Positions 49,742 to 59,785 of a stretch of 64,000 nt of DNA are shown piece by piece (positions within the stretch are counted from its first letter, which is position 1; every line of letters begins with the position of its first letter). The translations under genes were made by a program, and so were the position numbers. Under the pieces are notes generated by a model. It searched no databases, was not told the DNA's origin, and saw nothing but the letters and a program-made list of their open reading frames with translations. This DNA is from a virus: positions 52,975 to 116,974 of the IMG/VR virus record IMGVR_UViG_3300024346_009227. One strand, 5' to 3'.

Positions 49742-49756
49742 TAGTCTCTCCTTTTA

Positions 49757-51235
49757 TTACTCTGTGGCCGATGTTTCTAAACCAAAATAAGACGCAATTT
49801 GCGATGCTACTTGCTTAACACCATTAGAACTTTCTGAAGTTGCAAGAGCAGCATCTGATTTAACTTCAGCAGTGTCCAAGATAGATGCAGATGCTTTAAC
49901 ATCTGCTGGATCTTCACTAATTTCTACATTTTCACTTGGAGTTTTCTTTTTGTCTTCTTCTGGATCTTTAGCTGGTGCTTCTTCATTAACAGTTTTTCCA
50001 GATTTGTATTCAGACATTTTTTTATTAAAGTAATCAGACTGTACATTAACAGCGGTGGCAAAAGATTCATCATTAAGAGTACTTAATGCAGAAACTACCA
50101 AAGTAGCCTCATCTTTATTCATGCCAAACTTTTCGATTACCAAGCTTGCACGATCACTCATGCTTTTTTCTTTCTTCATGCTGTTAAGTTCGTTAACAAC
50201 CATGTTCAATTGTTTTTTCATGGCTTCAGATTCAGCCATCATTTTCTTTTTATCTTCTTCATGCATAGAAGCTTCTTCTTCCATTTTCTTTTTCTTATCT
50301 TCCCACCATTTGTTTGCTTCTACTTCTTCTTTGTCCTCTTCTTTAATTGCTGGATCTTCAGAAGTCTCTTCCTTCTTTTCTTCTGGAACTTCCGGTGGAA
50401 ATTCAGCAACAATTTTTTCTTCTTTAACTTCTTCAATGCTCATAATGATCTCCTTTGACTTTGTAGTCTCATCTAATTGGTACACCGAACTTGTAATAAA
50501 AGCTTCCGTTTCATCAAAAATAATACTTTCTGGATTGGCTGGCTTGCGGACAAGCCCCTTTCCAGAGAAGACGATGTTCTTTAAAACTCTTCCTATTTTG
50601 ACATTATTAAAGACACCATTACCGCCATATGCTCGTAAATGTTTAGTTAAAAAAGCAGTCTTTTCATTTCTAGCAATTACTTTGGCAGCAACACCATCAT
50701 CCATAGCGTAGTCAAAATTATTAAATAATGCTTCCATAGAAACAAACCATTTGTTGTTTGCTATGCCAGAGATTATATCGTTCATCTCTTCTTGTTTTTT
50801 TGGATCTTCCCAAAATTTATAAAGTACAGCAGAGGTCAAGATGTGAAACTTTTTAGGCAATTCATCAACACTAACTCCTTCTGCCACATCATTGCCATCT
50901 TCATCAATTACTTTAGATCCAGTAATATGTCCGATTATTTGCTTTTGATCATGCTCATAATTAAATGGCTTATCAGATGGGGTATTTCTTGCAGTCCAAA
51001 CTTCTGCTTTATCAAACACATCATCATTTTTATTCCAGCCAGTAGTAACTAAGATAGACTTCAAATAATGAAGATCCATCTGGTTTTTGTTTTCTGCTAC
51101 TGCTCTAAGTGGCTTGTTTAATAGGAAAGGATCGCAAATTTCTAATTCACATGTAGAAGAAATAGACATGCTAGAAATAATTTTTTCTTTAAGTCCATCT
51201 TGTATTTCTGACTTAAAAATTGCAAATTCTTTCAT
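49757..51235 (-). CDS. prohead protease/scaffold fusion
   Basis: N-terminal domain with N.NDD.F, PFNYEHD...IIGHI, VSMEA and FSGKGLV.KPANP motifs; acidic coiled-coil C-terminal scaffold. Confidence 0.75.
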   Translation of the reverse strand: MKEFAIFKSEIQDGLKEKIISSMSISSTCELEICDPFLLNKPLRAVAENKNQMDLHYLKSILVTTGWNKNDDVFDKAEVWTARNTPSDKPFNYEHDQKQIIGHITGSKVIDEDGNDVAEGVSVDELPKKFHILTSAVLYKFWEDPKKQEEMNDIISGIANNKWFVSMEALFNNFDYAMDDGVAAKVIARNEKTAFLTKHLRAYGGNGVFNNVKIGRVLKNIVFSGKGLVRKPANPESIIFDETEAFITSSVYQLDETTKSKEIIMSIEEVKEEKIVAEFPPEVPEEKKEETSEDPAIKEEDKEEVEANKWWEDKKKKMEEEASMHEEDKKKMMAESEAMKKQLNMVVNELNSMKKEKSMSDRASLVIEKFGMNKDEATLVVSALSTLNDESFATAVNVQSDYFNKKMSEYKSGKTVNEEAPAKDPEEDKKKTPSENVEISEDPADVKASASILDTAEVKSDAALATSESSNGVKQVASQIASYFGLETSATE

Positions 51236-51486
51236 TTATTTTCTCCTAAATTAAAATAGTTTGTTATTTTGCTTAAAAACAAAACATTATCTATTTCTTT
51301 TTCAACATCTGCGTTCTTAAATTTAAGTATGCCATCGTCTACACTAAATAATTGCAATGTAAACTTATATGAATTTTCAATGTCTTGATGCAAAAAAACT
51401 GCGTAAATATCATCAACCTTCTTTTTGCCCATGTATACTTCTACATCAGAAGTTTCTGTGTCATATATTATTTTTATCTTTGGCAT
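51232..51486 (-). CDS. hypothetical protein
   Basis: 84-aa ORF with GGGAG RBS; overlaps next gene by 4 nt. Confidence 0.6.
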   Translation of the reverse strand: MPKIKIIYDTETSDVEVYMGKKKVDDIYAVFLHQDIENSYKFTLQLFSVDDGILKFKNADVEKEIDNVLFLSKITNYFNLGENK

Positions 51487-51487
51487 A

Positions 51488-52222
51488 CTATCTCCCTAAT
51501 AAATACACCCAAAAATCATATATTCTTTTAATTAAAGATTTTTGCCCTTTTATAAACAATCCCAAGCTTTCTTTTTCTCTAACAAATTTATCTAGAAATT
51601 TTGGTAATTTTTCACTTTTATGTTCATGCGTAAATATAAAATTAGATTGATTACCTAGTACTGTAATGTAATCTTTCTTACTATTTTTAGCAAATTCTTT
51701 ATACCAATATCTTTCTAAAACATCAACTGTATCATGTTCAACAAATGGAGGCCAAAATTTTCTAGCGGATGAAACCGCAAAGCAATTTGTTGCCCAAGCA
51801 TCTGTTGTAAATCTATTATTCCAAATGAAAGTTACAGCACTAGCACCAGAAATCATTTCATTTTCTATAACATTAAAGCCGTATTCTGTTATTTTTACAT
51901 CTGCTGCTTGAACTATGCAGTACGAGTCTGGATGATCTCTAAATACAGTTTCTAATCCTAGTCTTATATTGTGAGATTCAAAAAAAGATGTTGGCTGTTT
52001 TCCATTTTCGTTTGGAAAACCTTTTCTTGTAATTAGCTTTTGAACAATGTCTTTTTTAATTAAGTCTTCAAATAACCAAAACTTTCCATGTTCTGGAGAA
52101 GACCATATTACATATATATCTGGCTTAGCCTTGAAAAATTTTTTATATCTTTCTATATTTTCAATACTACTACAAAATTCATGGTATCTACGATATAGGG
52201 TAATCAGAATTATTGGTTTCAT
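51488..52222 (-). CDS. hypothetical protein, possibly divergent GT-A glycosyltransferase
   Basis: 244 aa; IILITLYRR N-terminal strand, NIRLGL..., YCIVQAADV and LERYW resemble a GT2-like layout. Confidence 0.35.
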   Translation of the reverse strand: MKPIILITLYRRYHEFCSSIENIERYKKFFKAKPDIYVIWSSPEHGKFWLFEDLIKKDIVQKLITRKGFPNENGKQPTSFFESHNIRLGLETVFRDHPDSYCIVQAADVKITEYGFNVIENEMISGASAVTFIWNNRFTTDAWATNCFAVSSARKFWPPFVEHDTVDVLERYWYKEFAKNSKKDYITVLGNQSNFIFTHEHKSEKLPKFLDKFVREKESLGLFIKGQKSLIKRIYDFWVYLLGR

Positions 52223-54332
52223 CTTGTTTGCCTATAAAGTAAATTGCAACAGATGACGCTTCAATTTTTCTTCTTGTTTCTGTATTTGGTTGAATGCCTT
52301 CTTTAGAAATATAATTCTTAGTAGCTATAGACAGAACCTTATTTATATCATCATGAATTTTCATGTCTGTATTAATAATTTTTGCTATGGTTTGCTTCTC
52401 TACCTTTTCCAAATAGCTTAAATTGCAAAGTATATGGAACTTTGTTTTTTCTAAAGAATTAAAATCTTCAGAAGATAGTTCTCTTATAGACTTCTTTTTT
52501 GAAGAATGTAAAAAAGCTGGATTAACTAAATCAGATATAGATTTTTGAGCAGCTTCTGCCCAAGACATTATCTCTACTAATTCAGCAGCAGTTCTTGGTT
52601 TTACTTCTTTTTTCTTCCTTACTTCTTTATCGTTGACTCCAACTGGTCTTCCTTGCCCTTCAATGCCAATAGGCTTGTCTTGAGATTGATTTGGATTTTG
52701 GCCCATTGGAGGAACTTTTGGTGGTGCTGTTTCTTGAGAGGCTTCAACCCCAAAGTCTTTTGGAGTAAGCACACCCATTTGTGCCCAAAGTTTTTTGATT
52801 TCTTCTAGTCTTTGTGGGTTGTGCCAAGGGCCAGCCTTCTTAGGCATTTGATCATTTTCCCTTTTCTTAAACTCTCTTTTTCTTCTAACAGTTTCAATTT
52901 CTGGAACAAAATTAAATCTTTCTTGAATTGCTTCTTCACTAATAATATCTCTATCAATTAAGTCGATAAGCAATCTCTTCTCTGCTGCTTCGTCTTGTAG
53001 TGTTTGATGATCAAAAACAACTTGAGCAGGGAACTTAAATCCCATTGCCTTCTGAACTACTTTTATTTCAGTTTCCCAAAATCTAGCTAGTAATTGTCTG
53101 CCATAATCTAGTCTTTCAATTAATGTTCTAAGACTAATGTAATTATTTGAAAAGCCTTGACCAGTAGGCAAACCAGTTAAAGATGGTGGTATACCCAATC
53201 CTGCAAAAATTGCATTTAAAATTGGCTTATACTTTTCTTCACCTAAAAATTTAGCTACATCAGTAGATGTTTCTTTAAAGTCTAATTCTGGACCCCATAT
53301 AAGATCGATAGATCCACCACCAACATTGTTTAAAAGCATATCTGCAAGCCTACCGATTGCATTTTCTGTTGGCAATATTCTATGTTCTAAAGATCCTAAT
53401 TTCCAAAGTCGAATATGGCTAACTGCACCATCTAATGCTGCAAGATCAGCAAGCTTCATTTTCTTAAGCATCAACAAATCTTCTAAGATGCAATAGATCA
53501 TTGGCTTTGCCCAAACTTGCCAATCATCTCGCTTGTAGTAAATAGCAACAGTTTTATCTGCTGGTAATGGAATTGATTTACCACCAGCAATACTTGGGGT
53601 GAAGTTTGATGTAGGTACTCCAGACAACATTTCTTTTTCTATTTCTTCTTTTGGATTCTTTAATTTTTTGGCAATTATTTCTGGAATTCTAACGCCATAT
53701 CTAAATGCATTTGGCCCAAGAAATGGTGCTAACTCTTCTCCATACACTTCAATTGTACAAGGATTATAAATTGTGTATGACCAAGGAATTTCATTCTTGG
53801 CTACACTTACTGGTTTTTCAATAACTAAATCTGCTGCCGAACCCTTCTGTAAATTTTCAACATCTGAGTTTTTTAATTTTGCAGTAGATCGTTTTATAAT
53901 GACATTCCCTGCACGATAAAGCATATTTAAAATACGCTCAGTTCTTTCTACTCCATTTACTTTTTTAAACCATTCTCTATAAAAATCTTGAATTTTTTCA
54001 TTTGGATGAACAAGCTCTATTCCCTGACAAGCAAATTCTGCCATCATATCTATTACATTACGCACAATGCCAATCCGTTCATAGGCTTGCATACAAGCAA
54101 GCATGATATCTTTATCAAATAAGGGGATTTGTTCGCCTGGTCTAAAGAAATCGTAGTCTCTTCGATCAAAAGATTCCCTAACTGAAACATGATTAGTGGC
54201 AACATTTTGAAAAGAATTACCAGCAACAGATCTACTTAATGAGTCTGCATGACTGGCTTTTGCGAATGCTTTTTGTTTTGATTCTGGATCATTTTCATCC
54301 CAAGTTACAAACATTGCTTTATCATTTGACAT
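52188..54332 (-). CDS. portal protein
   Basis: 714 aa directly after terminase; AYERIGIVRNVIDMMAEF, AIFAGLGIPPSL motifs. Confidence 0.8.
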   Translation of the reverse strand: MSNDKAMFVTWDENDPESKQKAFAKASHADSLSRSVAGNSFQNVATNHVSVRESFDRRDYDFFRPGEQIPLFDKDIMLACMQAYERIGIVRNVIDMMAEFACQGIELVHPNEKIQDFYREWFKKVNGVERTERILNMLYRAGNVIIKRSTAKLKNSDVENLQKGSAADLVIEKPVSVAKNEIPWSYTIYNPCTIEVYGEELAPFLGPNAFRYGVRIPEIIAKKLKNPKEEIEKEMLSGVPTSNFTPSIAGGKSIPLPADKTVAIYYKRDDWQVWAKPMIYCILEDLLMLKKMKLADLAALDGAVSHIRLWKLGSLEHRILPTENAIGRLADMLLNNVGGGSIDLIWGPELDFKETSTDVAKFLGEEKYKPILNAIFAGLGIPPSLTGLPTGQGFSNNYISLRTLIERLDYGRQLLARFWETEIKVVQKAMGFKFPAQVVFDHQTLQDEAAEKRLLIDLIDRDIISEEAIQERFNFVPEIETVRRKREFKKRENDQMPKKAGPWHNPQRLEEIKKLWAQMGVLTPKDFGVEASQETAPPKVPPMGQNPNQSQDKPIGIEGQGRPVGVNDKEVRKKKEVKPRTAAELVEIMSWAEAAQKSISDLVNPAFLHSSKKKSIRELSSEDFNSLEKTKFHILCNLSYLEKVEKQTIAKIINTDMKIHDDINKVLSIATKNYISKEGIQPNTETRRKIEASSVAIYFIGKQDETNNSDYPIS

Positions 54333-54362
54333 TGTATTTTCCCTAATCTGATTGCAATCGGA

Positions 54363-56498
54363 TTACTCTATAGTGTTATTACACCTTGTGGGAACAACTA
54401 TACCATAACCAGAACCATGATTGGTAGCTTTTTTGAACCATTCTGGCCCAATATACATTTCCTTATCCTCTGCATTTTGAGATGCGACATGCCTAGCAAA
54501 CCCACCAGTATGAGTATATTCATCTTGAACTTCAATTCTTTGAAATGCTCTAGCTACCATATTTGCCATAAGCAATGCAGAATACCTATCTTTTCTTGTT
54601 CTGCTCTTTTTACCATCTGGATCTCTACTTTCTGGAGTATCCCATCTATCTCTGCCCGATGGAGTATGAACATGAACAATACTAGAAAGCTCATCTTTTA
54701 GTTCTTCTATATCCATCACACAATCTTCTAGGGTGTCATACATATTAACCCTTCCTGTTGCCATATCTTCTTCTTGTGCAAGAGTCAATGAGATTGGGTC
54801 AAAGTATGGAAATAGCAAAGTCTTGTCTTCTAAATCTTTTCTTAATCCATGATTTGCTTCTACTACCCAGTTTGGATCAGCAAAATTTATCATCGATAAA
54901 ATATGTTCACCACTTTTATCGTCTGAGTCTTTTCTTTTAAGTGGATCAATTACTTTATAGATTGCTTTTTCTGAATCCTGCAATCTATTCGTATCTTGAA
55001 GTCCTTCCTCAATAGCAATACCTCCACCTTGACTATCCAAAGCTATGCGAACCATATTGGGAAACATCTTTGCTAAATTTCTTATTTTTCTACAGCAATA
55101 ACTGTAAAAGTCTTTTTCATTTACAATTCCACTTTTCATTTTTTCTTTAAACGAAGATCTAGTTGTAGTCCAGCAATATACTATTCGTCTATGATCTGGA
55201 TAAAGTGCTAAGATTATTACTGCAAAATTATCTCTTTCAGATGCTGGATCAATAGCCATAACATGCTGCACAGATGAATCGCCAAGAAGAGAAGCATGAA
55301 ATAAAACTTCCCCACTAGGTAAAACAATTGGCGAACTTGGATTTCCAGAAACGCAAGATTCAATTAAGCTTCTCTTAAAAAAACCATCTGAATCAGTTGC
55401 AAATGTAGCACCATATTCAATTAGATAATTCGCCTTAGTGCTATTTATTCTTGCAGAAGTTATTTGCTTCGCATCCATAAAACCTGGCGGTAATATTTCC
55501 ACAGGAAGTCTTATGATTGAATAATCTCTCCAATCAAAGCCATCTGGAACTGGCCCTTGAAATATCTGTTCTAATAAATTTTTGTCTCCATTACTTTCAA
55601 TAATTCTTTTATAGTTAAACCATGTTTTATAAAAATGATTAAACGAGTAGTATGCTGTACCAGAAACTATGTTTTGATTGCTTCTAAGTATCTTGCTTTC
55701 CTGTGCTTCATCTTCATCAGTCCAAACCCCAAGCTGTTTCATCAATCTTATTTTTGCTTGCCTATGAACTTTTTCACTTGGGTTAGAAGATACGCTAGAG
55801 AAACCCCTTACCACATTTTGATAAATGTCTTCTCTAATAGAAGCGAACTCGTCACAAACTGTATAGTTAGCTCTTTGACCTCTAATCTTTTCACCTGTTC
55901 CCAATGGCAATGCCATAGCAACACTTTCCCCAACAATCATTTCGCATCTATCTATGTCTCGTCTTGGGCCTTGATCTCTATTATTTCTACCTTTGCCAAC
56001 ACCGCATATGTCTCTATAGATAACCCCATTTGCCCATAGACCTTCCATGTATTCAAATATAACTTTACTCTGTCTAAATACTTTACCTATGATTGCAATC
56101 TTGCATCCTTGGGTAAATAAAAGTCTAAGCATAGAATATAACGCAAGGATATAACTTTTCCCTGCACCACGACCAGCGATGATCATTGGGAATGGTCTTT
56201 TCCAAAGCTCTTTTAAAATGATGTGTTGAAAAGGAAATATATCTATTCCAAACAGAAGCTTGCATGTAAAAGGAAAGTAGTCTGGATTTCTCATTATCTT
56301 TAGCAGATATATATCCATTCTTTCCATGTCTGCTTTAGAAATGTTTTTAAGAGGATGGATCGTATTTAATGGAACATCAACTATTCGTTGAATATCATTA
56401 ATATCTGTAAGAGGATTTACCGCAAGCATTTCCTGCTCAGAAAGCATCCAAGCTCGGTCTATTATCCTCTTTAACTTCTCTTGGTCCTTCATTTTCAA
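54363..56498 (-). CDS. terL: terminase large subunit
   Basis: Walker A AGRGAGKS; IRGQRAN; Walker B VCDEFA; RNase H-like MAIDPAS..D and KDRYSAL. Confidence 0.9.
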   Translation of the reverse strand: MKMKDQEKLKRIIDRAWMLSEQEMLAVNPLTDINDIQRIVDVPLNTIHPLKNISKADMERMDIYLLKIMRNPDYFPFTCKLLFGIDIFPFQHIILKELWKRPFPMIIAGRGAGKSYILALYSMLRLLFTQGCKIAIIGKVFRQSKVIFEYMEGLWANGVIYRDICGVGKGRNNRDQGPRRDIDRCEMIVGESVAMALPLGTGEKIRGQRANYTVCDEFASIREDIYQNVVRGFSSVSSNPSEKVHRQAKIRLMKQLGVWTDEDEAQESKILRSNQNIVSGTAYYSFNHFYKTWFNYKRIIESNGDKNLLEQIFQGPVPDGFDWRDYSIIRLPVEILPPGFMDAKQITSARINSTKANYLIEYGATFATDSDGFFKRSLIESCVSGNPSSPIVLPSGEVLFHASLLGDSSVQHVMAIDPASERDNFAVIILALYPDHRRIVYCWTTTRSSFKEKMKSGIVNEKDFYSYCCRKIRNLAKMFPNMVRIALDSQGGGIAIEEGLQDTNRLQDSEKAIYKVIDPLKRKDSDDKSGEHILSMINFADPNWVVEANHGLRKDLEDKTLLFPYFDPISLTLAQEEDMATGRVNMYDTLEDCVMDIEELKDELSSIVHVHTPSGRDRWDTPESRDPDGKKSRTRKDRYSALLMANMVARAFQRIEVQDEYTHTGGFARHVASQNAEDKEMYIGPEWFKKATNHGSGYGIVVPTRCNNTIE
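54377..54385 (-). promoter_or_regulatory. putative late promoter motif GGTGTAATA upstream of portal
   Basis: variant of the recurring motif, in the last codons of terL. Confidence 0.4.
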
Positions 56499-56943
56499 TT
56501 ACTCGTTTGAATATGGAAGAGGCAACTGTTTGCCCATGATTTTCACAAAAGATTATTTTAACCTTATACTTTAATTCTATTTCTATCAATCTTTTCAATA
56601 GGAAAAATGGATTAAGCTTTACGCTCTTCATCTTGTAGGATGGTATGCCAGTTCCTTTTGGGTATTTGATTAAGTCATCCATAGAGAATTCTAAAATCAT
56701 AAATGCATATTTAAACGACTGCATTCTTTCTAGTTCTCTTTCAAATCTATCTTCAACTAAATTTGTTGCCAGTTCTGCAATAGAACCTTTTCTTTCTATT
56801 GTCAGTATGTCTTGATATCCCTCTATGGAATAATCACCAGTCTTTAGTGTTCCAGATACAGTTCCTTCACAAGCTTTTGCTGGCATAAAAGTCCAGCCGT
56901 TTTGCTCTCTCGTATCTCTGATTACTTTATACTTTATGTCCAT
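56437..56943 (-). CDS. ERCC4-type nuclease
   Basis: DTREQ, LKTGDYS, IERKGS..EL, ILEFS motifs of the ERCC4 nuclease domain. Confidence 0.85.
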   Translation of the reverse strand: MDIKYKVIRDTREQNGWTFMPAKACEGTVSGTLKTGDYSIEGYQDILTIERKGSIAELATNLVEDRFERELERMQSFKYAFMILEFSMDDLIKYPKGTGIPSYKMKSVKLNPFFLLKRLIEIELKYKVKIIFCENHGQTVASSIFKRVIENEGPREVKEDNRPSLDAF

Positions 56944-57976
56944 TGATATCGCTTTCGACCATCTCTTTTACAAGGAGATCAAAATTATAGTGTGGTTTCC
57001 ATTTAAGAACTTCCCTTGCCTTTGTTGATACACCACGAAGAGCATCAACCTCAAATGGTCTTTTCAGTGACTTGTTTAATGTGACATATTTTTCCCAATC
57101 GCCAAGTCCAGCAGCTTCAAATGATTTGTTTAAAAAATCTTCTACAGAATAGGTAGATCCAGTAGCTATAACAAAGTCTTGTGGGTTGTCTAACTGAAGC
57201 ATTAAACGCATTGCTTCAACATAATCCTTTGCATGACCCCAATCACGCAGAGAATCTATATTACCAAGTTGTAATTTATCTTTAGTTAGTTTATTAACAT
57301 ACTTGCCTATCCAAGAGGTTATCTTCCTAGTTACAAACAACTCTCCCCTTCTAGGCGATTCGTGATTGAAGAGAATGCCCGAACAGGCGTACAAGCCATA
57401 AGACTCCCTATAAATTTTAACCAAATTATGGGATGCCAGCTTTGCCACACCATATGGAGAGTTTGGAACCATTAAAGTGTCTTCATCTTGAAAACAATCT
57501 TTATTAATAAAATCTTCTCTGCTAATAGCAGTTTTAGATTCTTTTCTAATTCCACCAATAGGAATATAATAAGAAAAACATGAACCATACATTTCACTTG
57601 TTGATGCTTGATATAGTCTTGAAGATTTTGAAAAATTCAAAATCCCTTCCAAGACATTAAGCGTTCCCTTCAAATCCACATCGAGCGTGTGATGCGGTTG
57701 CGTAAACGAATCGCCCACATGACTCTGTGCTGCCAGATTGTAGATTTCCGTAGGGGTATATTTATAGATAGTGGAGAAGACAAATGATTGATCGCAGACA
57801 TCGCCTCTTAAGAGAGTGAAGTTTTTGTGATCTGAACAACCATTAAGCCTTGCTCCATTATCTATTGACGACCGTCTTGCTACCGCTAAGACATTGTACT
57901 TTTTTGCCAAAAGGCTTTCGCAGAGATACGAACCATCTTGTCCTGTCGCCCCAAACACTAGTGCCAACTTATTCAT
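56927..57976 (-). CDS. gmd: GDP-mannose 4,6-dehydratase
   Basis: GATGQDGSYL, YNLAAQSHV, YQASTSEMYG, SPYGVAK, GILFNHESPRRG..FVTRKI, RDWGHAKDYV. Confidence 0.95.
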   Translation of the reverse strand: MNKLALVFGATGQDGSYLCESLLAKKYNVLAVARRSSIDNGARLNGCSDHKNFTLLRGDVCDQSFVFSTIYKYTPTEIYNLAAQSHVGDSFTQPHHTLDVDLKGTLNVLEGILNFSKSSRLYQASTSEMYGSCFSYYIPIGGIRKESKTAISREDFINKDCFQDEDTLMVPNSPYGVAKLASHNLVKIYRESYGLYACSGILFNHESPRRGELFVTRKITSWIGKYVNKLTKDKLQLGNIDSLRDWGHAKDYVEAMRLMLQLDNPQDFVIATGSTYSVEDFLNKSFEAAGLGDWEKYVTLNKSLKRPFEVDALRGVSTKAREVLKWKPHYNFDLLVKEMVESDINGHKV

Positions 57977-58748
57977 CGTCTTTATCCTTTGGAATTAAAA
58001 CTGGTAGGTCTTGACTACCATCATCAAATGTATGAACGCTAGTTAACTTCTTCTCTTCTTTTTTAGTGGCAAGCTTCATGGTTTCCATAGTACCTCCCAC
58101 TAAGTCACGCTCTTCCTCATTCTGAAGTTTTTTAATGATTGCCAAGTATGTCTCTTTAGATGACTCGATACGAGTAATACGCTGATCTCTAGTTGCCTTT
58201 AAGTCCTTGAGCAATCCCTGATGTTTTTCTTCAAGTTTAATAAATTCTGTAGACCTAGCCTGTTCAGAAGATTTAGCTGCTTGTATCTGTGTCTCTAAGC
58301 CGAGCACATATTCACGATCAGATTCGGACATGCCTTGCATATCAGGAAATCTTCTCATATATTCTTCCTGCATTCTAATCAGCTTCGCTATCTCTTTGCC
58401 AGAGTTTCTTTTGCTTTTAGCATTCCTATGCATCATTATCTCAAACTTGATAACCAAAAATATTTGTGTTTCCTCAGTTACGAGAACATCTTCTCTGAAC
58501 TGGGCCATGTACTTTACATACTGCTCTTCAAAATATTCCAACTCTTCTTCATCCATTTCCTGCTTAAGCTGCTTCCAAGCTTTACTACTTCTTAAATTTT
58601 TATGATTTTCATCATTGAGTGTCTGTACAAACTCTTCAATTAGTACCACAGGCTTGAGCAAGAGCGTGCTCATATCTTCTAACGATAAAGTTTCATGGTG
58701 CTTAGTTATATAATCACGATCAGTTTTATTCAGCTTCTTTCCTGCCAT
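57969..58748 (-). CDS. hypothetical helical protein, candidate terminase small subunit
   Basis: GGAG RBS before ATG at 58748 (MAGKKL); N-terminal HTH-like segment plus coiled-coil; upstream of terL. Confidence 0.4.
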   Translation of the reverse strand: MAGKKLNKTDRDYITKHHETLSLEDMSTLLLKPVVLIEEFVQTLNDENHKNLRSSKAWKQLKQEMDEEELEYFEEQYVKYMAQFREDVLVTEETQIFLVIKFEIMMHRNAKSKRNSGKEIAKLIRMQEEYMRRFPDMQGMSESDREYVLGLETQIQAAKSSEQARSTEFIKLEEKHQGLLKDLKATRDQRITRIESSKETYLAIIKKLQNEEERDLVGGTMETMKLATKKEEKKLTSVHTFDDGSQDLPVLIPKDKDDE

Positions 58749-59319
58749 TGAGGATCTCCTTAATTGCTTGTTCAACTCTTTGTTTTTTTATTTTGGGAAC
58801 AGACTCACCAGCTTTAATTCTAAGATATATTGAACGAAGTTCAACAGGAAGGTGCAAGTCTATTAGATTAGAACACTCAGATATGTTCGCCTCATCTACA
58901 ACAGATTGTTTTCCGTGTGCGTTCTTTTCTGTATCGTCTGAGATTGTTTGTATATCTAAGGGTCGCATTAAATTTTGCTTAGACGAATTCCTTTTTTTCC
59001 ATGCCTTATACTTTTCGCAGTAATTGCCATCTGAACATTTGTTCGAGTCATGACATGGTTTACATGGGGGATCTGTTCTATGATACTTGTCTCTCTTGAA
59101 ATTTATAAGTCTGTTTTTAATATGGGAATAAAGAAAGTTTTCTAAGGGGCGAGATGGGTCATAGCGAGATAAAGATTCAAGTCCAAATATGTAAGCTTCC
59201 TGCCTAATGTCTTCCACATCGTAATATCCGAAGGTAAATGTTGGGGCAAGAAGGTTGATCGCTTTCTTTAAAGCTGCTATAACTTCTTCTTCCTTTAATC
59301 CATGCGGATAATCATTCAT
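58726..59319 (-). CDS. sigma-70 family (region 2) RNA polymerase sigma factor-like protein
   Basis: YDVEDIRQEAYIFGLESLSRYDPSRPLENFLYSHIKNRLINFKR matches sigma region 2; Cys cluster follows. Confidence 0.7.
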   Translation of the reverse strand: MNDYPHGLKEEEVIAALKKAINLLAPTFTFGYYDVEDIRQEAYIFGLESLSRYDPSRPLENFLYSHIKNRLINFKRDKYHRTDPPCKPCHDSNKCSDGNYCEKYKAWKKRNSSKQNLMRPLDIQTISDDTEKNAHGKQSVVDEANISECSNLIDLHLPVELRSIYLRIKAGESVPKIKKQRVEQAIKEILNGRKEAE

Positions 59320-59458
59320 CTTTTATGATGTTCTCTTCGATACTTGCTAACGCCTGTTCAATGGGGGGTGTTGGGGCTAACAGTTCTGGTTCTGGTAATA
59401 CACACCCTGCTATCACCTTAATTCTTGTCTCTACTTCAATTGGTTCATCTTTGTTCAT
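59312..59458 (-). CDS. small hypothetical protein
   Basis: MNKDEPIE... start at 59458 preceded by GGTG; coupled to the sigma-like gene. Confidence 0.45.
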   Translation of the reverse strand: MNKDEPIEVETRIKVIAGCVLPEPELLAPTPPIEQALASIEENIIKDE

Positions 59459-59617
59459 GGCATCACCATTTTCTGCGAAAATTGTATTAGTACATCTTAT
59501 GTATGATACTATTGTTTCAATCGCATTGCAAGTGAGATTAAGCATTTAGGGGGCGAACAAGTATGGCTTTGGTAGTACATTGGGGAAAGTGTGGCTTGGT
59601 AAGTGACAACGCCCGGC

Positions 59618-59785
59618 TGCCATTTTGGCAGTCTGCCATTTTGGCATCCGAATTGAAAAAACCCCTGCCATTCTGTCATGCGACACCTGTCATTTTGGCA
59701 TCCCGCTGGTATTACCTAGTATTACTATTTTGGTATAACTTTGTTATATTTCAACCCTAGCAAGTAGCAATATGCCATTTTGGCA
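59618..59785. repeat. five copies of 13-bp palindrome TGCCA-TTT-TGGCA
   Basis: 59618-59630, 59634-59646, 59666-59678 (variant), 59688-59700 (variant), 59773-59785. Confidence 0.9.

Noticed and set aside
54363-56498. Intein or intron in terminase, portal or TMP
   Set aside because: No Hint-domain terminal motifs (C...HN) or LAGLIDADG motifs recognised; terminase motifs are normally spaced
1613-59549. Plus-strand ORFs antisense to the structural genes
   Set aside because: Essentially all lie opposite long minus-strand genes; hydrophobic Ser/Phe/Leu-rich shadows of Lys/Glu-rich proteins
59563-59760. 65-aa plus-strand ORF across the palindromic repeats
   Set aside because: Translation merely reflects the DNA repeats (LPFW/LPFC, ILAS); more plausibly a non-coding regulatory region
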